Made by a program: the position numbers and the translations under genes
DNA from: Chloroflexota bacterium
GTDB lineage: Bacteria; Chloroflexota; Dehalococcoidia; UBA2979
Reading direction: 5' to 3'
DNA length: 56,098 nt
NCBI GenBank assembly: GCA_009837285.1
Contig: VXTU01000042.1
Span: 1-56,098 of the forward strand
Shown: positions 36,974 to 46,838 of the stretch, piece after piece
Numbering within the stretch: position 1 is the first letter of the stretch
Layout: each line of letters begins with the position of its first letter
The notes under the pieces: generated by a model
Told to the model about the DNA's origin: nothing
Databases searched by the model: none
The model's input: the letters and a program-made list of their open reading frames with translations, nothing else

Positions 36974-38409
36974 GGGGCGTCTCCCTCGGCGGGGGCGTCG
37001 CCCGCGAGGCGCTCGCGCAAGAGCGGCAGCACCTCGTCCACGGGGCCGGCGCCGATCGTCAGGAACACATCGCCGGGCACCAGCTCGCGGGCGGCGGCGT
37101 CGGCCGCGTCCTCGAACGACTCGACGTAACGGGCGTGCGGATTCGTGATCTCGGCGGCCAGCGCCGCGCCGCCGATTCCCTGGTCGGGTGTCTCGCGCGC
37201 CGGGTACGTCGGGGCGACGAACAGCACGTCGAGGCCCTCGAAGCAGGTGCGGAAGCCGTCGAGCAGGTACTGCGAGCGCGAGTAGGTGTGCGGCTGGAAG
37301 CACGCGACGATGCGGCGGCCGGGGTAGCGCTGCCGTGCGGCGCTGAGCGTCGCGCGCACCTCGGTGGGGTGGTGCGCGTAGTCGTCGACGAGGGTCACTC
37401 CCGCGGCTTCGCCGAACACCTCGAAGCGCCGGCGCGTGCCGGTGAACTCGGCGAGCGCCGCCGCGGCGCGGTGGAAGTCCACGCCGGCGCGCATCGCGAC
37501 GGCGAGCGCGCCGAGGGCGTTCATGACGTTGTGGCGGCCGGGCGTCCGCAGCTCGATCTGGCCCAGCTCGGCGCCCTCGAGTATCACGGTCGCCGCTAGC
37601 CCGCCGAGCGCGCCTGGCCGCACCTGCGTCGCGCGCCACTCGGTATCGGCCGCGAGGCCGTAGCGCTCGACGCGCCCGCCGGCGGCGCGCTGCTGCGCGC
37701 CCAGCTCGGCCGCCCACTCGGAGTCGGCGCAGACGAACAGCGTGCCGTCGTCGCGGACACGGGACGCGAACGCCGCGAACGCGGCGCGCAGCCGCTCCGG
37801 GGTGCCGTAGTAGTCGAGGTGGTCGGGCTCGATGTTCGTCACGAGCGCCCACTGCGGCTCGTACTCTAGGAACGCCTCGGCGTACTCGTCCGCCTCGACG
37901 ACGGCGAGGTCGCCCGCGCCGTCGCGTGCGTTGCCGCCCAGGTCGGGGGCGTCGCCGCCGATCAGCACCAGCGGGTCGAGGCCGCCGCGCTCGGCGAGGA
38001 GCGCGGCCATCGCCGTGGTGGTCGTCTTGCCGTGGCTGCCCGCGATCGCGAGCACGCGCCGGTCCTGCAACAGCCGCTGCACCATCTCCGCCCGGACGAT
38101 CACCTCGATCCCGCGTTCACGGGCCTCGACGAGCTCCGGGTTGTCGTCGGCCGCGGCCACGGTCGCGACGACCAGCTCCGCGCGTCCGATGTTCGACGCG
38201 GCGTGGCCCTCGTAGACCGTCGCGCCAAGCTGCTGGAGGCGGCGTGTGTAGTCGGAGACGGCGAGGTCCGAGCCGGTGACGACGTGGCCCCGGGCGAGCA
38301 GGATCTGCCCGATCGCGGAGAGGTGGACGCCCCCGGCGCCCACGAGGTGTACCCGCTTGGGGATCGCCGCGCCGTGCGCGCGCCCTCGGGAACGGCTGAG
38401 CGTCATCAT
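36970..38409 (-). CDS. murC: UDP-N-acetylmuramate--L-alanine ligase
   Basis: AGSHGKTTT, VEADE, TNIEPDHLD, RRF, DDYAHHPTE, FQPHTYSR. Confidence 0.97.
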   Translation of the reverse strand: MMTLSRSRGRAHGAAIPKRVHLVGAGGVHLSAIGQILLARGHVVTGSDLAVSDYTRRLQQLGATVYEGHAASNIGRAELVVATVAAADDNPELVEARERGIEVIVRAEMVQRLLQDRRVLAIAGSHGKTTTTAMAALLAERGGLDPLVLIGGDAPDLGGNARDGAGDLAVVEADEYAEAFLEYEPQWALVTNIEPDHLDYYGTPERLRAAFAAFASRVRDDGTLFVCADSEWAAELGAQQRAAGGRVERYGLAADTEWRATQVRPGALGGLAATVILEGAELGQIELRTPGRHNVMNALGALAVAMRAGVDFHRAAAALAEFTGTRRRFEVFGEAAGVTLVDDYAHHPTEVRATLSAARQRYPGRRIVACFQPHTYSRSQYLLDGFRTCFEGLDVLFVAPTYPARETPDQGIGGAALAAEITNPHARYVESFEDAADAAARELVPGDVFLTIGAGPVDEVLPLLRERLAGDAPAEGDAP

Positions 38410-39482
38410 GCCGCCAGCTCCAGCAGCGTGTCGGCCAGCTCGCGCGCCGCGTGGGGGCGGGCGATGCGGGCCATTGCCTCGCGCATCGCGGTCCGTTGCT
38501 CGTCGTCGCGTAGCAGGCGCGTGATCGCGTCTTCGAGGCGGTCGAGTTCGTCGCCGCCCACGACGAAGGCGGCGCCCTCGGACTCGAGGAACGTGGCGTT
38601 GGCGTACTGGTCAGAGAAGTCGCCCGGGATCACGATCGCCGGCAGCCCTGCGGCGGGTAGCTCGCCAAGGATCGAGGCGCCTGCGCGCGTGACGGCAAGG
38701 TCGGAAGCGGCCATCGCCCACGCCATCTCCTCGGTGTAGGCCTGGAGCTGGTAGCGCTGCTGCCGCCAGAACGAGAGCTGCTCGCGTTCGCGTGCGAGCC
38801 ACGCCTCCTCCTCGCGGCCGGCGATGTGGATGATCTGCGCGTGGTCGAGCAGTGTTTCGAGCGCCTCGGCGATCGCGACGTTGATGCGGTGCGCGCCCTG
38901 CGAGCCGCCCGTCACCAGCAGCGTCTTCACGGTCGGGTCGAGGCCGAACCGGCGGGCACCCTCCTCGCGCTCGGCCTCGGCGAACTGGCGGCGCACGGGG
39001 TAGCCCGTCACGGTCGCCTTGTCGGCCGGGAGGAACTCGAGTGAGCCGTCGACCGAGCACGCGACCTTAGTGGCCTGGCGCTGGAGCGCGCGCACGGCCC
39101 AGCCGGGGCGGACGTCCGGGAGGAACAGGAGCAGCGGGATGCCGCGGCTGCGTGCCGCGCGCCCGACGGGCGCCGCGGCGTAGCCGCCTGTCGCGAAGAC
39201 GGCCTGTGGCGTGTCGCGGTCCAGCCAGCGCAGCGACTCGCGGTACCCGAGCGCGAGCTGGATCGCGCCGCGAGCGATGCGCCACGGGGAGCGCGACCGC
39301 ACTGGCGCGGCGCGGACGGCGCGGTACTCGAAGCCCTCGGCCTCGGCCACGGCGCGCTCCGGCCCGCGCGGGGTGCCGTAGTAGAACAGCTCGACGTCTG
39401 CGCGCTCGCGCAGACGCTCGGCGACCGCCACCGATGGGTAGGCGTGTCCGCCGGTGCCGCCGCCGGTGAGCACGAACTTCAT
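38406..39482 (-). CDS. murG: Lipid I N-acetylglucosaminyltransferase MurG
   Basis: TGGGTGGHAYP, TGGY, TGYPVR, GGSQGA, RAGAS. Confidence 0.97.
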   Translation of the reverse strand: MKFVLTGGGTGGHAYPSVAVAERLRERADVELFYYGTPRGPERAVAEAEGFEYRAVRAAPVRSRSPWRIARGAIQLALGYRESLRWLDRDTPQAVFATGGYAAAPVGRAARSRGIPLLLFLPDVRPGWAVRALQRQATKVACSVDGSLEFLPADKATVTGYPVRRQFAEAEREEGARRFGLDPTVKTLLVTGGSQGAHRINVAIAEALETLLDHAQIIHIAGREEEAWLAREREQLSFWRQQRYQLQAYTEEMAWAMAASDLAVTRAGASILGELPAAGLPAIVIPGDFSDQYANATFLESEGAAFVVGGDELDRLEDAITRLLRDDEQRTAMREAMARIARPHAARELADTLLELAA

Positions 39483-40690
39483 CGAGATGTCGCCGCCGCG
39501 CGGCGGCGGCGCTCCTTCCGTGCCTCGCGCACGACACCGCGCGAGGGCGGCTCGCGTGCGGGGTCGTCGAGCGAGGCGTAGCGCGAGACGGAGAGCAGGA
39601 TGCCGATGGCCGTGAGCGTCACCGCCAGCGACGAGCCGCCGTAGGAGAGGAACGGGAGCGTGATGCCGGTGAGGGGGATCGAGCGCGTCACGCCGCCGAC
39701 GTTGATCAGCACCTGCAGCGCGATCCACATCAGGATGCCGGCGACGAGCAGCGAGCCGAACGGGTCCGCCGCGCGCTGCATGATGCGCAGTCCGCGCCAC
39801 AGCAGCAGCACGAACAGCAGCAGCACGACCGTGACGCCGACGAACCCGAGCTCCTCGCCGATGATTGAGAGGATGCCGTCCGTGTGGGCGGCGGGGACGA
39901 AGAAGAACTTCTGTCGGGACACGCCGAGGCCGAGGCCTGTCCATCCGCCCGAGCCGAGGGCGATGAGCATCTGCAGCGTCTGGAAGCCGAAGCCCTCGGG
40001 GTCGGTCTCGGCCGAGGTGAACGAGAGGATGCGCGTCATCCCGTAGCCGCCGGCGACGACGAACGCGGCGGTGAAGCCGACTGCCGTGACTGCAAGCGCC
40101 ACGAGGTGGGTGAGCCGCGCTCCCGACACGAAGAACAGCGTGCCGGTGATAGCCGCGATCAGCAGCGCCGTGCCCAGGTCGGGCTCGAGCAGCACGAGGG
40201 CGGTGACCAGCCCCACCATGGCGACGAACGGCACCACGCCGAGCTGGAAGTCGCGCACCGTCGGACCCTTGGCGGCGAGCCACGCGGCGAGGTAGACGAT
40301 GACCGCGAGCTTGGCGATCTCGCTCGGCTGGCCGGAGAACGGACCGATCTCGATCCAGCGTCTCGGTCCATCCTCGAAGGCGGCGACGCCGATGCCCGGC
40401 ACGAGCGCCGCGCAGAGGCCGACCAGGGCGAGGAGCATGAGCAGCGGGCTGATGCGTCGCAGCCAGCGGTAGTCGATGATGCTCGCCGCGAGCATGCCGG
40501 CGCAGCCGAGCGCCGCCCACATGAGCTGCCGCTTGATGTAGTAGTCCGAGTCGTCGTGGGCCGCGTACCCCAGCGCGTACGACGCGGAATAGACGGCGAT
40601 CAGGCCGATCACGAGCAGCATGATCACGATCGTCAGCAGCACCCAGTCTGGGCCGTGACGCTTGGCGGTGCCCGCTTCGCGCGCGCTCAC
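39479..40690 (-). CDS. ftsW: SEDS peptidoglycan polymerase FtsW
   Basis: VYSAS, RRWI, QPSEIAK, EPDLGT, ALGSGG, AHTDGI, PLTGITLPFLSYGGSS. Confidence 0.96.
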   Translation of the reverse strand: MSAREAGTAKRHGPDWVLLTIVIMLLVIGLIAVYSASYALGYAAHDDSDYYIKRQLMWAALGCAGMLAASIIDYRWLRRISPLLMLLALVGLCAALVPGIGVAAFEDGPRRWIEIGPFSGQPSEIAKLAVIVYLAAWLAAKGPTVRDFQLGVVPFVAMVGLVTALVLLEPDLGTALLIAAITGTLFFVSGARLTHLVALAVTAVGFTAAFVVAGGYGMTRILSFTSAETDPEGFGFQTLQMLIALGSGGWTGLGLGVSRQKFFFVPAAHTDGILSIIGEELGFVGVTVVLLLFVLLLWRGLRIMQRAADPFGSLLVAGILMWIALQVLINVGGVTRSIPLTGITLPFLSYGGSSLAVTLTAIGILLSVSRYASLDDPAREPPSRGVVREARKERRRRAAATSR

Positions 40691-42096
40691 GACGCACCCC
40701 CGGTAACGGCTGCCACGGCCGCGCGGAACGCGGCCCCGCGCTGCTCGAAGTTGCGGTACGCGTCGAACGAGGTGCCGGCCGGCGAGCACAGGACGACGTC
40801 GCCCTCGCGCGCGAGCGCGGCCGCCGCCTCCACGGCGGCTTCGATGTCGTCCACCTCGCGCACCTCGGGACGGTCGCTGTCTCGCGCGACCCGGATCGCG
40901 TCGAGGAATGCCGGGCCCGCCTCACCGAAGCCGATCACCGCGCGGCAGCGCGTGACCGCTTCGCGCGCGAGCTCGCCGAGCGGGAGGTGCTTGTCGCGCC
41001 CGCCGAGCAGCAGCACGGCGGGCTCGTCGAACGCTCGCAGCCCGGCGAGCGTCCGCTCGGGCGTGGTGGCGATGGAGTCGTTGACCCAGGTGAGGCCGCC
41101 GGCCTGCGTGACCACCTCGAGGCGGTGGGGGACGCCGCTGAACGCCCGGACCGCGCGGGCGGCCGCGCCGTCGTCGACGCCGAGTTGCGTGGCCACGCCG
41201 AGGGCGGTCACGACGTTGGCGACGTTATGGTCGCCTCGCAGCGGGATATCCTCGCGAGCGATGACGGGGTGCTCGCTCCCGTCCTCGACGCGCACGACCG
41301 TGCCGCCGGAGACCGTCGCCCCGTCGCCCGGCAGCGTGCGCTCGACCGAGGTGTAGCGGACGAGGCCCGGCGCCTCCTCGGCGAAGCCGGCGGCGACCTC
41401 GTCGTCGATGTGGAAGACGGCGATGTCGTCGGGCTGCTGGAACTCGAAGATGCGCCGCTTGAGCCCGACGTACGAGGACCACGAGTAAGCGTCGAGGTGG
41501 TTGGGCGTCACGTTGGTCACGCACGCGATGTGAGGGCTGCGTTCGACGGACTCGAGCTGCGTGTGCGAGAGCTCGAGCACGACGCGCGTCGTGGGCTCGA
41601 TGTGGTCGAGGAGACCGAGCAGGCCGACGCCGATGTTGCCGCCGACGACATAATCCGCACCGGCCTCATCGAGCATCGCGCCGACGAGGGCGGTGGTCGT
41701 GGTCTTGCCGGACGAGCCGGTGATTCCGGCGACCGGGGCCGGGCAGACGTCGAGGAAGAGCCGGGTCATCGAGGAGATGGGCACTCCGGCACGGCGCGCG
41801 GCGCGCAGCGCTGGCAGCTCGGGCGGCACGCCCTGCGAGGCGAAGACAGTGTCCGCGCCGACCATGTCCTCCTCGCGGTTAGCGCCGAGGGAGAGCGTGA
41901 CATCGAGGTCGGCGATGGCGTCGAGGGCGGCCCGGAGCTGCTCGGCGGGGCGAGCGTCGGAGACGGTGACGCTGGCTCCGCGGGGCGCGAGGAACCGGAC
42001 GAGGTCGATCCCTTCAATCCCCAGGCCGACGACGGTCACGCGGGTACCCTCGTAGTTATGATCAGGCGCCAACGCACGTTTATGGTTTTCGTACAC
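40687..42096 (-). CDS. murD: UDP-MurNAc-L-Ala--D-glutamate ligase; start uncertain (GTG 42096 or TTG 42072)
   Basis: VVGLGIEG, ITGSSGKTTT, GGNIG, HRLE, WVNDSIAT, GGRDK, SPAGTSFD..FEQRG. Confidence 0.96.
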   Translation of the reverse strand: MYENHKRALAPDHNYEGTRVTVVGLGIEGIDLVRFLAPRGASVTVSDARPAEQLRAALDAIADLDVTLSLGANREEDMVGADTVFASQGVPPELPALRAARRAGVPISSMTRLFLDVCPAPVAGITGSSGKTTTTALVGAMLDEAGADYVVGGNIGVGLLGLLDHIEPTTRVVLELSHTQLESVERSPHIACVTNVTPNHLDAYSWSSYVGLKRRIFEFQQPDDIAVFHIDDEVAAGFAEEAPGLVRYTSVERTLPGDGATVSGGTVVRVEDGSEHPVIAREDIPLRGDHNVANVVTALGVATQLGVDDGAAARAVRAFSGVPHRLEVVTQAGGLTWVNDSIATTPERTLAGLRAFDEPAVLLLGGRDKHLPLGELAREAVTRCRAVIGFGEAGPAFLDAIRVARDSDRPEVREVDDIEAAVEAAAALAREGDVVLCSPAGTSFDAYRNFEQRGAAFRAAVAAVTGGAS

Positions 42097-42103
42097 GCTT
42101 ATA

Positions 42104-43069
42104 TCACACCGCCAGTGCCAATGCGACGCCGACCATGGCCCCGGCGAACGCAAACAGCCATAACCGGAGCACGACCTGGGGTTCACTCCACCCGATCAGC
42201 TCCATGTGGTGGTGCAGCGGTGTCATTCGGAAGAAGCGCCGGCCACCCGTCGTCTGGAAGTACGCGATCTGGATCAGCGTCGAGCCCGCCTCGATGACGA
42301 ACACGATCCCGATGATGGGCAGGAGCAGCCAGTGACCCGTCATCAGCGCGACCGTCGCCAGGGAGGCGCCGAGGGGCAGCGCGCCGGTGTCGCCCATGAA
42401 CAGCGAGGCGGGGTGGGCGTTGTACCAGAGGAACCCGAGCAGCGCGCCCGTCACCGTGAATGAGAATGTCGCGAGGAACGCCTGCTCCTGCAGGAACGCG
42501 ATCACGCCGTACGCCGCGAAGGCGACCGCGGCCGTGCCGCCGAGGAGTCCGTCGAGCCCGTCCGTGATCGAGACGGCGCTCGTCGTGGCGATGATCGTGA
42601 CCACGGCGATCGGGATGTAGAAGTACCCCAGCTCGTATCCGCCGAGCCACGGCACGTTCACACTCCGCGCCTCGAGCAGGAAGTAGAGGATCAGCGACAC
42701 GGACAGCGCGAGGCCGAGCATGTAGCCGAACTTGAGCCGCCACGTCAGCGCCCGCCAGCCGGGGAACCGGTCGACCAGCGTCCCCATGTCGTCGAGCGCG
42801 CCGACGATGAGCCCGGAGATCACCACCCCGAGCGGCAGCAGGATGCTCAGCCGGTCGAAGAGGTTCGTCGGGATCGTCACCACCGCGACCGCGCCGAAGA
42901 TGAGGAGGCCGCCCATCGTGGGTGTGCCGGCCTTGATGTTGTGTGTCGAGGGGCCGTCCTCGGAGATCGCCTTGCCGATGCGCTGGTGCACCAGCCAGCG
43001 CACGACCCAGCCGCCGCCGAGCAAGGCGACGACGAAGGCGGCACTCCCGGCAAGCAACGCGTCGGTCAT
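42104..43069 (-). CDS. mraY: Phospho-MurNAc-pentapeptide transferase
   Basis: KAGTPTMGG, GALDD, TDGLDGL, FMGDTG, MTPLHHH. Confidence 0.97.
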   Translation of the reverse strand: MTDALLAGSAAFVVALLGGGWVVRWLVHQRIGKAISEDGPSTHNIKAGTPTMGGLLIFGAVAVVTIPTNLFDRLSILLPLGVVISGLIVGALDDMGTLVDRFPGWRALTWRLKFGYMLGLALSVSLILYFLLEARSVNVPWLGGYELGYFYIPIAVVTIIATTSAVSITDGLDGLLGGTAAVAFAAYGVIAFLQEQAFLATFSFTVTGALLGFLWYNAHPASLFMGDTGALPLGASLATVALMTGHWLLLPIIGIVFVIEAGSTLIQIAYFQTTGGRRFFRMTPLHHHMELIGWSEPQVVLRLWLFAFAGAMVGVALALAV

Positions 43070-44496
43070 GACCCGGCCCCCCCTGCTGCATCGACGCCGC
43101 GGGTGCGCTCCTCGAGTTGCGACTCCACCTCCGCTACCACCGTTTCCAGCGCGAGTGCCCGCGACCCCTTCACGAGCAATGCGTCGCCCGGCCGCAACGT
43201 CGCGACCAGCGCCGCCGCCGCGGCGTCCTTGGACTGGATGTGCTCGACTGCGCCGAGCCCGCAGCCATGGGCGGCGTCCGATATGCGCGACGCGAGGTCG
43301 CCGACTGTGAACAGCGCGTCGACGACGCCGGCGGCGCGCCGGCCCACCTCGTCGTGCGAGGACTCGGCGAGGTCGCCGAGTTCCAGCATGTCGCCGAGCA
43401 GTGCGAGCTTGCGGCCGGGCATCTCGCTCAGCAGGTCCAGCGCCGCGAGCGTGGCGGCCGGGCTGGCGTTGTAGGTGTCGTCCAGCAGCGTGACGCCGCC
43501 CGCGATGCCGCGCACCGTTAGCCGCAGCGGCACGTCGAGTGCCTCGAGGGCCTGGCAGACCGCGTCGAGGGACATGTCCTCCACCAGACCCGCGGCCGCC
43601 GCCGCGAGGACGTTCGACAGGAGGTGCGCGCCGGGGAGCGGCACGCGTACGCGTCGCTGCTCTCCGCGCGCGTGCAGGGTGAACGCGAACCCCGCGGCCC
43701 CGAGCCCTTCGAGGTCCGTGCCCCGAACGTCGGCTTCCTCGCTCGTCCCGAAGCGGGTGACGCGCGCGGCGGTGTGGCCGGCCATGGCCGCCACCACGGG
43801 GTCGTCGATGTTCAGCAGCGCGTGCCCGTCGGCGGGCAGCGCCTCGACCAGCTCGCGCTTGGCGCGTGCGATGGCGTCCATGGACCCGGCGCGCTCGAGG
43901 TGGACCGGCCCGACGTTGAGCACGATGCCCGTCCGCGGGTGCGTCCACGTACAGAGCAACGCGATCTCGCCCGTGGTGTACATGCCGTGCTCAATCACCG
44001 CGCGCTCGGTCTCGGGCCGCAGCTCGAGCAGGCAGAGCGGCACGCCGATCTCGTTGTTGTAGTTGAGCTCGCTGGCCTGCACGCGGAACTGCCGCGCGAG
44101 CACCGAGGCAGCCATCAGCTTCGTCGTGGTCTTGCCGACGTTGCCCGTAATGCCGACCACCTCGGTCGCCGGCAGGGCGTCTCGCCACGCAGCGCCGAGC
44201 TGCTGCAGCGCACCGAGCGGGTTGTCGACCACGAGAACCGCGGCGCCCTCGAGGCCCGACGGGTCGCCTGGCAACGCGCCGAGGAGCACGCCCGCCACGC
44301 CGCGCCGGACTGCGTCCGCCGCGAAGTCCGCGCCGTCGGCGTGGTCGCCGGGCAGGCCGACAAAGAGGTCACCGGGTCCTGCCCGCCGCGAGTCGATCAC
44401 GGCTCGCATGAAGTGCGCGTCCGGACCGCGGCGTTCGAGCAGCCGTCCCGTGAGCACTCGTTGTGCGAAGTCGGTGTCGAACCTCGGCGTGGTCAT
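43066..44496 (-). CDS. murF: UDP-MurNAc-tripeptide--D-Ala-D-Ala ligase
   Basis: IDSR, ITGNVGKTTTK, NNEIGVP, DDTYNASP, LGDMLELG, LLVKGSR. Confidence 0.97.
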   Translation of the reverse strand: MTTPRFDTDFAQRVLTGRLLERRGPDAHFMRAVIDSRRAGPGDLFVGLPGDHADGADFAADAVRRGVAGVLLGALPGDPSGLEGAAVLVVDNPLGALQQLGAAWRDALPATEVVGITGNVGKTTTKLMAASVLARQFRVQASELNYNNEIGVPLCLLELRPETERAVIEHGMYTTGEIALLCTWTHPRTGIVLNVGPVHLERAGSMDAIARAKRELVEALPADGHALLNIDDPVVAAMAGHTAARVTRFGTSEEADVRGTDLEGLGAAGFAFTLHARGEQRRVRVPLPGAHLLSNVLAAAAAGLVEDMSLDAVCQALEALDVPLRLTVRGIAGGVTLLDDTYNASPAATLAALDLLSEMPGRKLALLGDMLELGDLAESSHDEVGRRAAGVVDALFTVGDLASRISDAAHGCGLGAVEHIQSKDAAAAALVATLRPGDALLVKGSRALALETVVAEVESQLEERTRGVDAAGGAGS

Positions 44497-46241
44497 GGCG
44501 CGGCCACCTGCTGCTGCGGGAGGGGGACGTTCAGGTACTCCATCACGTCCGTCGCGATCCGCGCGAAGACCGGAGCGGCGACGATGCCGCCGAGGTGCGA
44601 ATCGGCGCTCGGACGGTCGATCTTCACGAGGATGGTGACGTGGGGATCCTCGTACGGCAGGAACCCGGCGAAGGACGCGATGGTGGTCTCGAAGTCGTAC
44701 CCGCTTGCGGTCGAGATCAGCGTCGTGCCGGTCTTGCCGGCCACGCGGTAGCCCTCGACGCGTCCGAGGTGGTACGGCACGTTATCGACAACGTCGAGCA
44801 TCATCTGCGCCATGGTCTGCGAGGTCTGCGGTTCCACTACCTGGCGGACGGTCACGGGCTGGAAGCGGCGCACGCCCTCGCGCGTGGCGACCTGGGAGAT
44901 GATCTGCGGCTGGATGAGCGCACCGTCGTTGGCGAAGACGTTCACCGCCGTGATGGTCTGCAAGGGCGTGACCGCCAGCCCCTGCCCGTAGGAGTTCGTC
45001 GCGAGGTCGATCGGATACCACGCGTCGTCGCTCGGGCGCCGCATCAGGCCGCGCGCCTCGCCGCCGAGCCCGATGTGTGTGAGCTCCCCGATGCCGAACT
45101 TCTCGAGGTACTGGTAGAAGGCGCGCGCGCCGATCTGGTCCGAGAGCCAGGCCGCCCCGGTGTTCAGCGAACGCTGCAGGTACTCGGTCATCGTGACCTC
45201 ACCGTACGCCGTGAAGTTCCAGTTGCGGATCACGCCTCCGCTGACCTGCGCTATGCCCTCGTCGACGTACGTCGTCTCGGGTGTGATGAGTCCGAGGTCC
45301 AGCGCCATCGCCGTGGTCAGTGTCTTGAACACGGATCCGGGCTCATACACGTCCATGATCGCGCGGTTGCGCGTCAGCGCGGCGAGCTCCTCAGCGTTGA
45401 GGTCCAGTGTCGAGAGCCGCACCGTCGGGAGCGATGCCATCGCGAGGATCGCACCGGTCCGGGATTCCATCACGATCACCGTGCCGCCCGTCGCCTTGTT
45501 CTCCTCGACGGCTCGCGCGAGCTCGCGTTCCGCGATGGCCTGGATGAAGCGGTCGAGGGTGAGCTGCACGTCGCCGCCGGACAGCGGCCGGAGCGTGGTG
45601 GACTGCACGAAGGAGATCGGGCGGCCGAGCGGGTCCTCCTCGCCGACGATGAACCCCGGCTTGCCGCGCAGCACGTGGTCGAAGTCCGCTTCGACGCCCC
45701 ACAGGCCGTGTCCGTCGAGGCCGACATACCCGATGAGCGGGCCGGCAAGCTCGCGCTCGGCGTAGACGCGACGCGAGCTGGGTAGCAGCCGCACGCCCCA
45801 CAGCGCCTCCTCGCGCAGGTCGAGGCCATCCTCGTAGCCCAGCAGCCGCAGCACGGGCACGTCGCCGATGGTGCGCGACGTGCCCAGCGCGTACAGATCG
45901 CTGGGGTCGAGGTTCAGCCGCGCGCCGAGCTGCGCCGCGGCCACTAGCGCGCGTTCGCGGTCGCGCCACAGGAACGTGTCGATGTAGACATCCCACGTAT
46001 CGATCGAGGTGGCGAGCGGGTAGCCGGTGGCGTCGAGGATGGCGCCGCGGCTCGCGGGCACCTCGGCCACGCCCATGCGGGCAGCGGCCGCCTCCTCGAT
46101 GTACCGCTCGTGTCCGCCCACCTGGATGATGGCGAGTCTTGCGAGGAGCGCGGCGAAGGCGAGGACGACCGCCGTTGCGAGCAGCCAGTGCCGCCACGTC
46201 AGGTGGCTGGGTCGCGCTGCCGCTCGCTGCTCTGGGGGCAC
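44493..46241 (-). CDS. ftsI: Class B penicillin-binding protein FtsI
   Basis: RGAILD, TGAILAMAS, YEPGSVFK (SxxK), SLN, SYGQG, KTGT; dcw position. Confidence 0.93.
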   Translation of the reverse strand: MPPEQRAAARPSHLTWRHWLLATAVVLAFAALLARLAIIQVGGHERYIEEAAAARMGVAEVPASRGAILDATGYPLATSIDTWDVYIDTFLWRDRERALVAAAQLGARLNLDPSDLYALGTSRTIGDVPVLRLLGYEDGLDLREEALWGVRLLPSSRRVYAERELAGPLIGYVGLDGHGLWGVEADFDHVLRGKPGFIVGEEDPLGRPISFVQSTTLRPLSGGDVQLTLDRFIQAIAERELARAVEENKATGGTVIVMESRTGAILAMASLPTVRLSTLDLNAEELAALTRNRAIMDVYEPGSVFKTLTTAMALDLGLITPETTYVDEGIAQVSGGVIRNWNFTAYGEVTMTEYLQRSLNTGAAWLSDQIGARAFYQYLEKFGIGELTHIGLGGEARGLMRRPSDDAWYPIDLATNSYGQGLAVTPLQTITAVNVFANDGALIQPQIISQVATREGVRRFQPVTVRQVVEPQTSQTMAQMMLDVVDNVPYHLGRVEGYRVAGKTGTTLISTASGYDFETTIASFAGFLPYEDPHVTILVKIDRPSADSHLGGIVAAPVFARIATDVMEYLNVPLPQQQVAAP

Positions 46242-46301
46242 GGGTGTCCTCCCCGCCGCGCCGGCAATGTCACGACACGGCCGGCCGCGCTCACGCCTTG
46301 C

Positions 46302-46838
46302 TCACCGGGCCTGGTCGAGTCCGTAGACGCCCCACAGCATCTCGGCCCACCACGGATCGAGTTCCGCCACGGGCGCGGGCGTCCGGCGCACGTAGCGTTC
46401 CGGCATCGGCGCCACATCCGGAGTGGGAACGCTGACGGAGATGCGCACGGATTCAGTGGGCCGCACCATCCCCAGCCTGCCGGTTGCGGCCGCGTGCACG
46501 GTTCCGAGGTTCGTCATCTGCGCAATCTCAGCCTCCAGCAGGCGTACCTCGGCGGACCGCTCGGAGCGCTGCTGCTGGAGCTGCTGCAGCTCGTAGCCGG
46601 TCGTCGCCGTGCGGCTGCTCTGCAGTACCTGCAGCGAGCCGATGGCCGCGAGTGAGGCGAGGGCGATCAGCGCCAGGAGGAGGGAGACGCCGCGCAGCAG
46701 ACGTCTCGCGACGCTGCTGCGCGGCCTGGGGAGCGATGCGGCCTTCTGGCGGATGCGCGCTGTGTACGGTGAACTCGTGGCGGGCGTGACCGGGGCCCGG
46801 TATCCGGCGCCGATCCGCGGAGCATCGAGGACGGTCAT
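46302..46838 (-). CDS. ftsL: FtsL-like single-TM coiled-coil protein
   Basis: TM then GYELQQLQQQRSE..LEAEIAQM..RLGMVRP; between rsmH and ftsI. Confidence 0.75.
   Translation of the reverse strand: MTVLDAPRIGAGYRAPVTPATSSPYTARIRQKAASLPRPRSSVARRLLRGVSLLLALIALASLAAIGSLQVLQSSRTATTGYELQQLQQQRSERSAEVRLLEAEIAQMTNLGTVHAAATGRLGMVRPTESVRISVSVPTPDVAPMPERYVRRTPAPVAELDPWWAEMLWGVYGLDQAR

Noticed and set aside
42050-42110. AT-rich patch at the mraY-murD junction, possible internal promoter
   Set aside because: Plausible, but no well-positioned TANNNT could be assigned and the murD start is ambiguous
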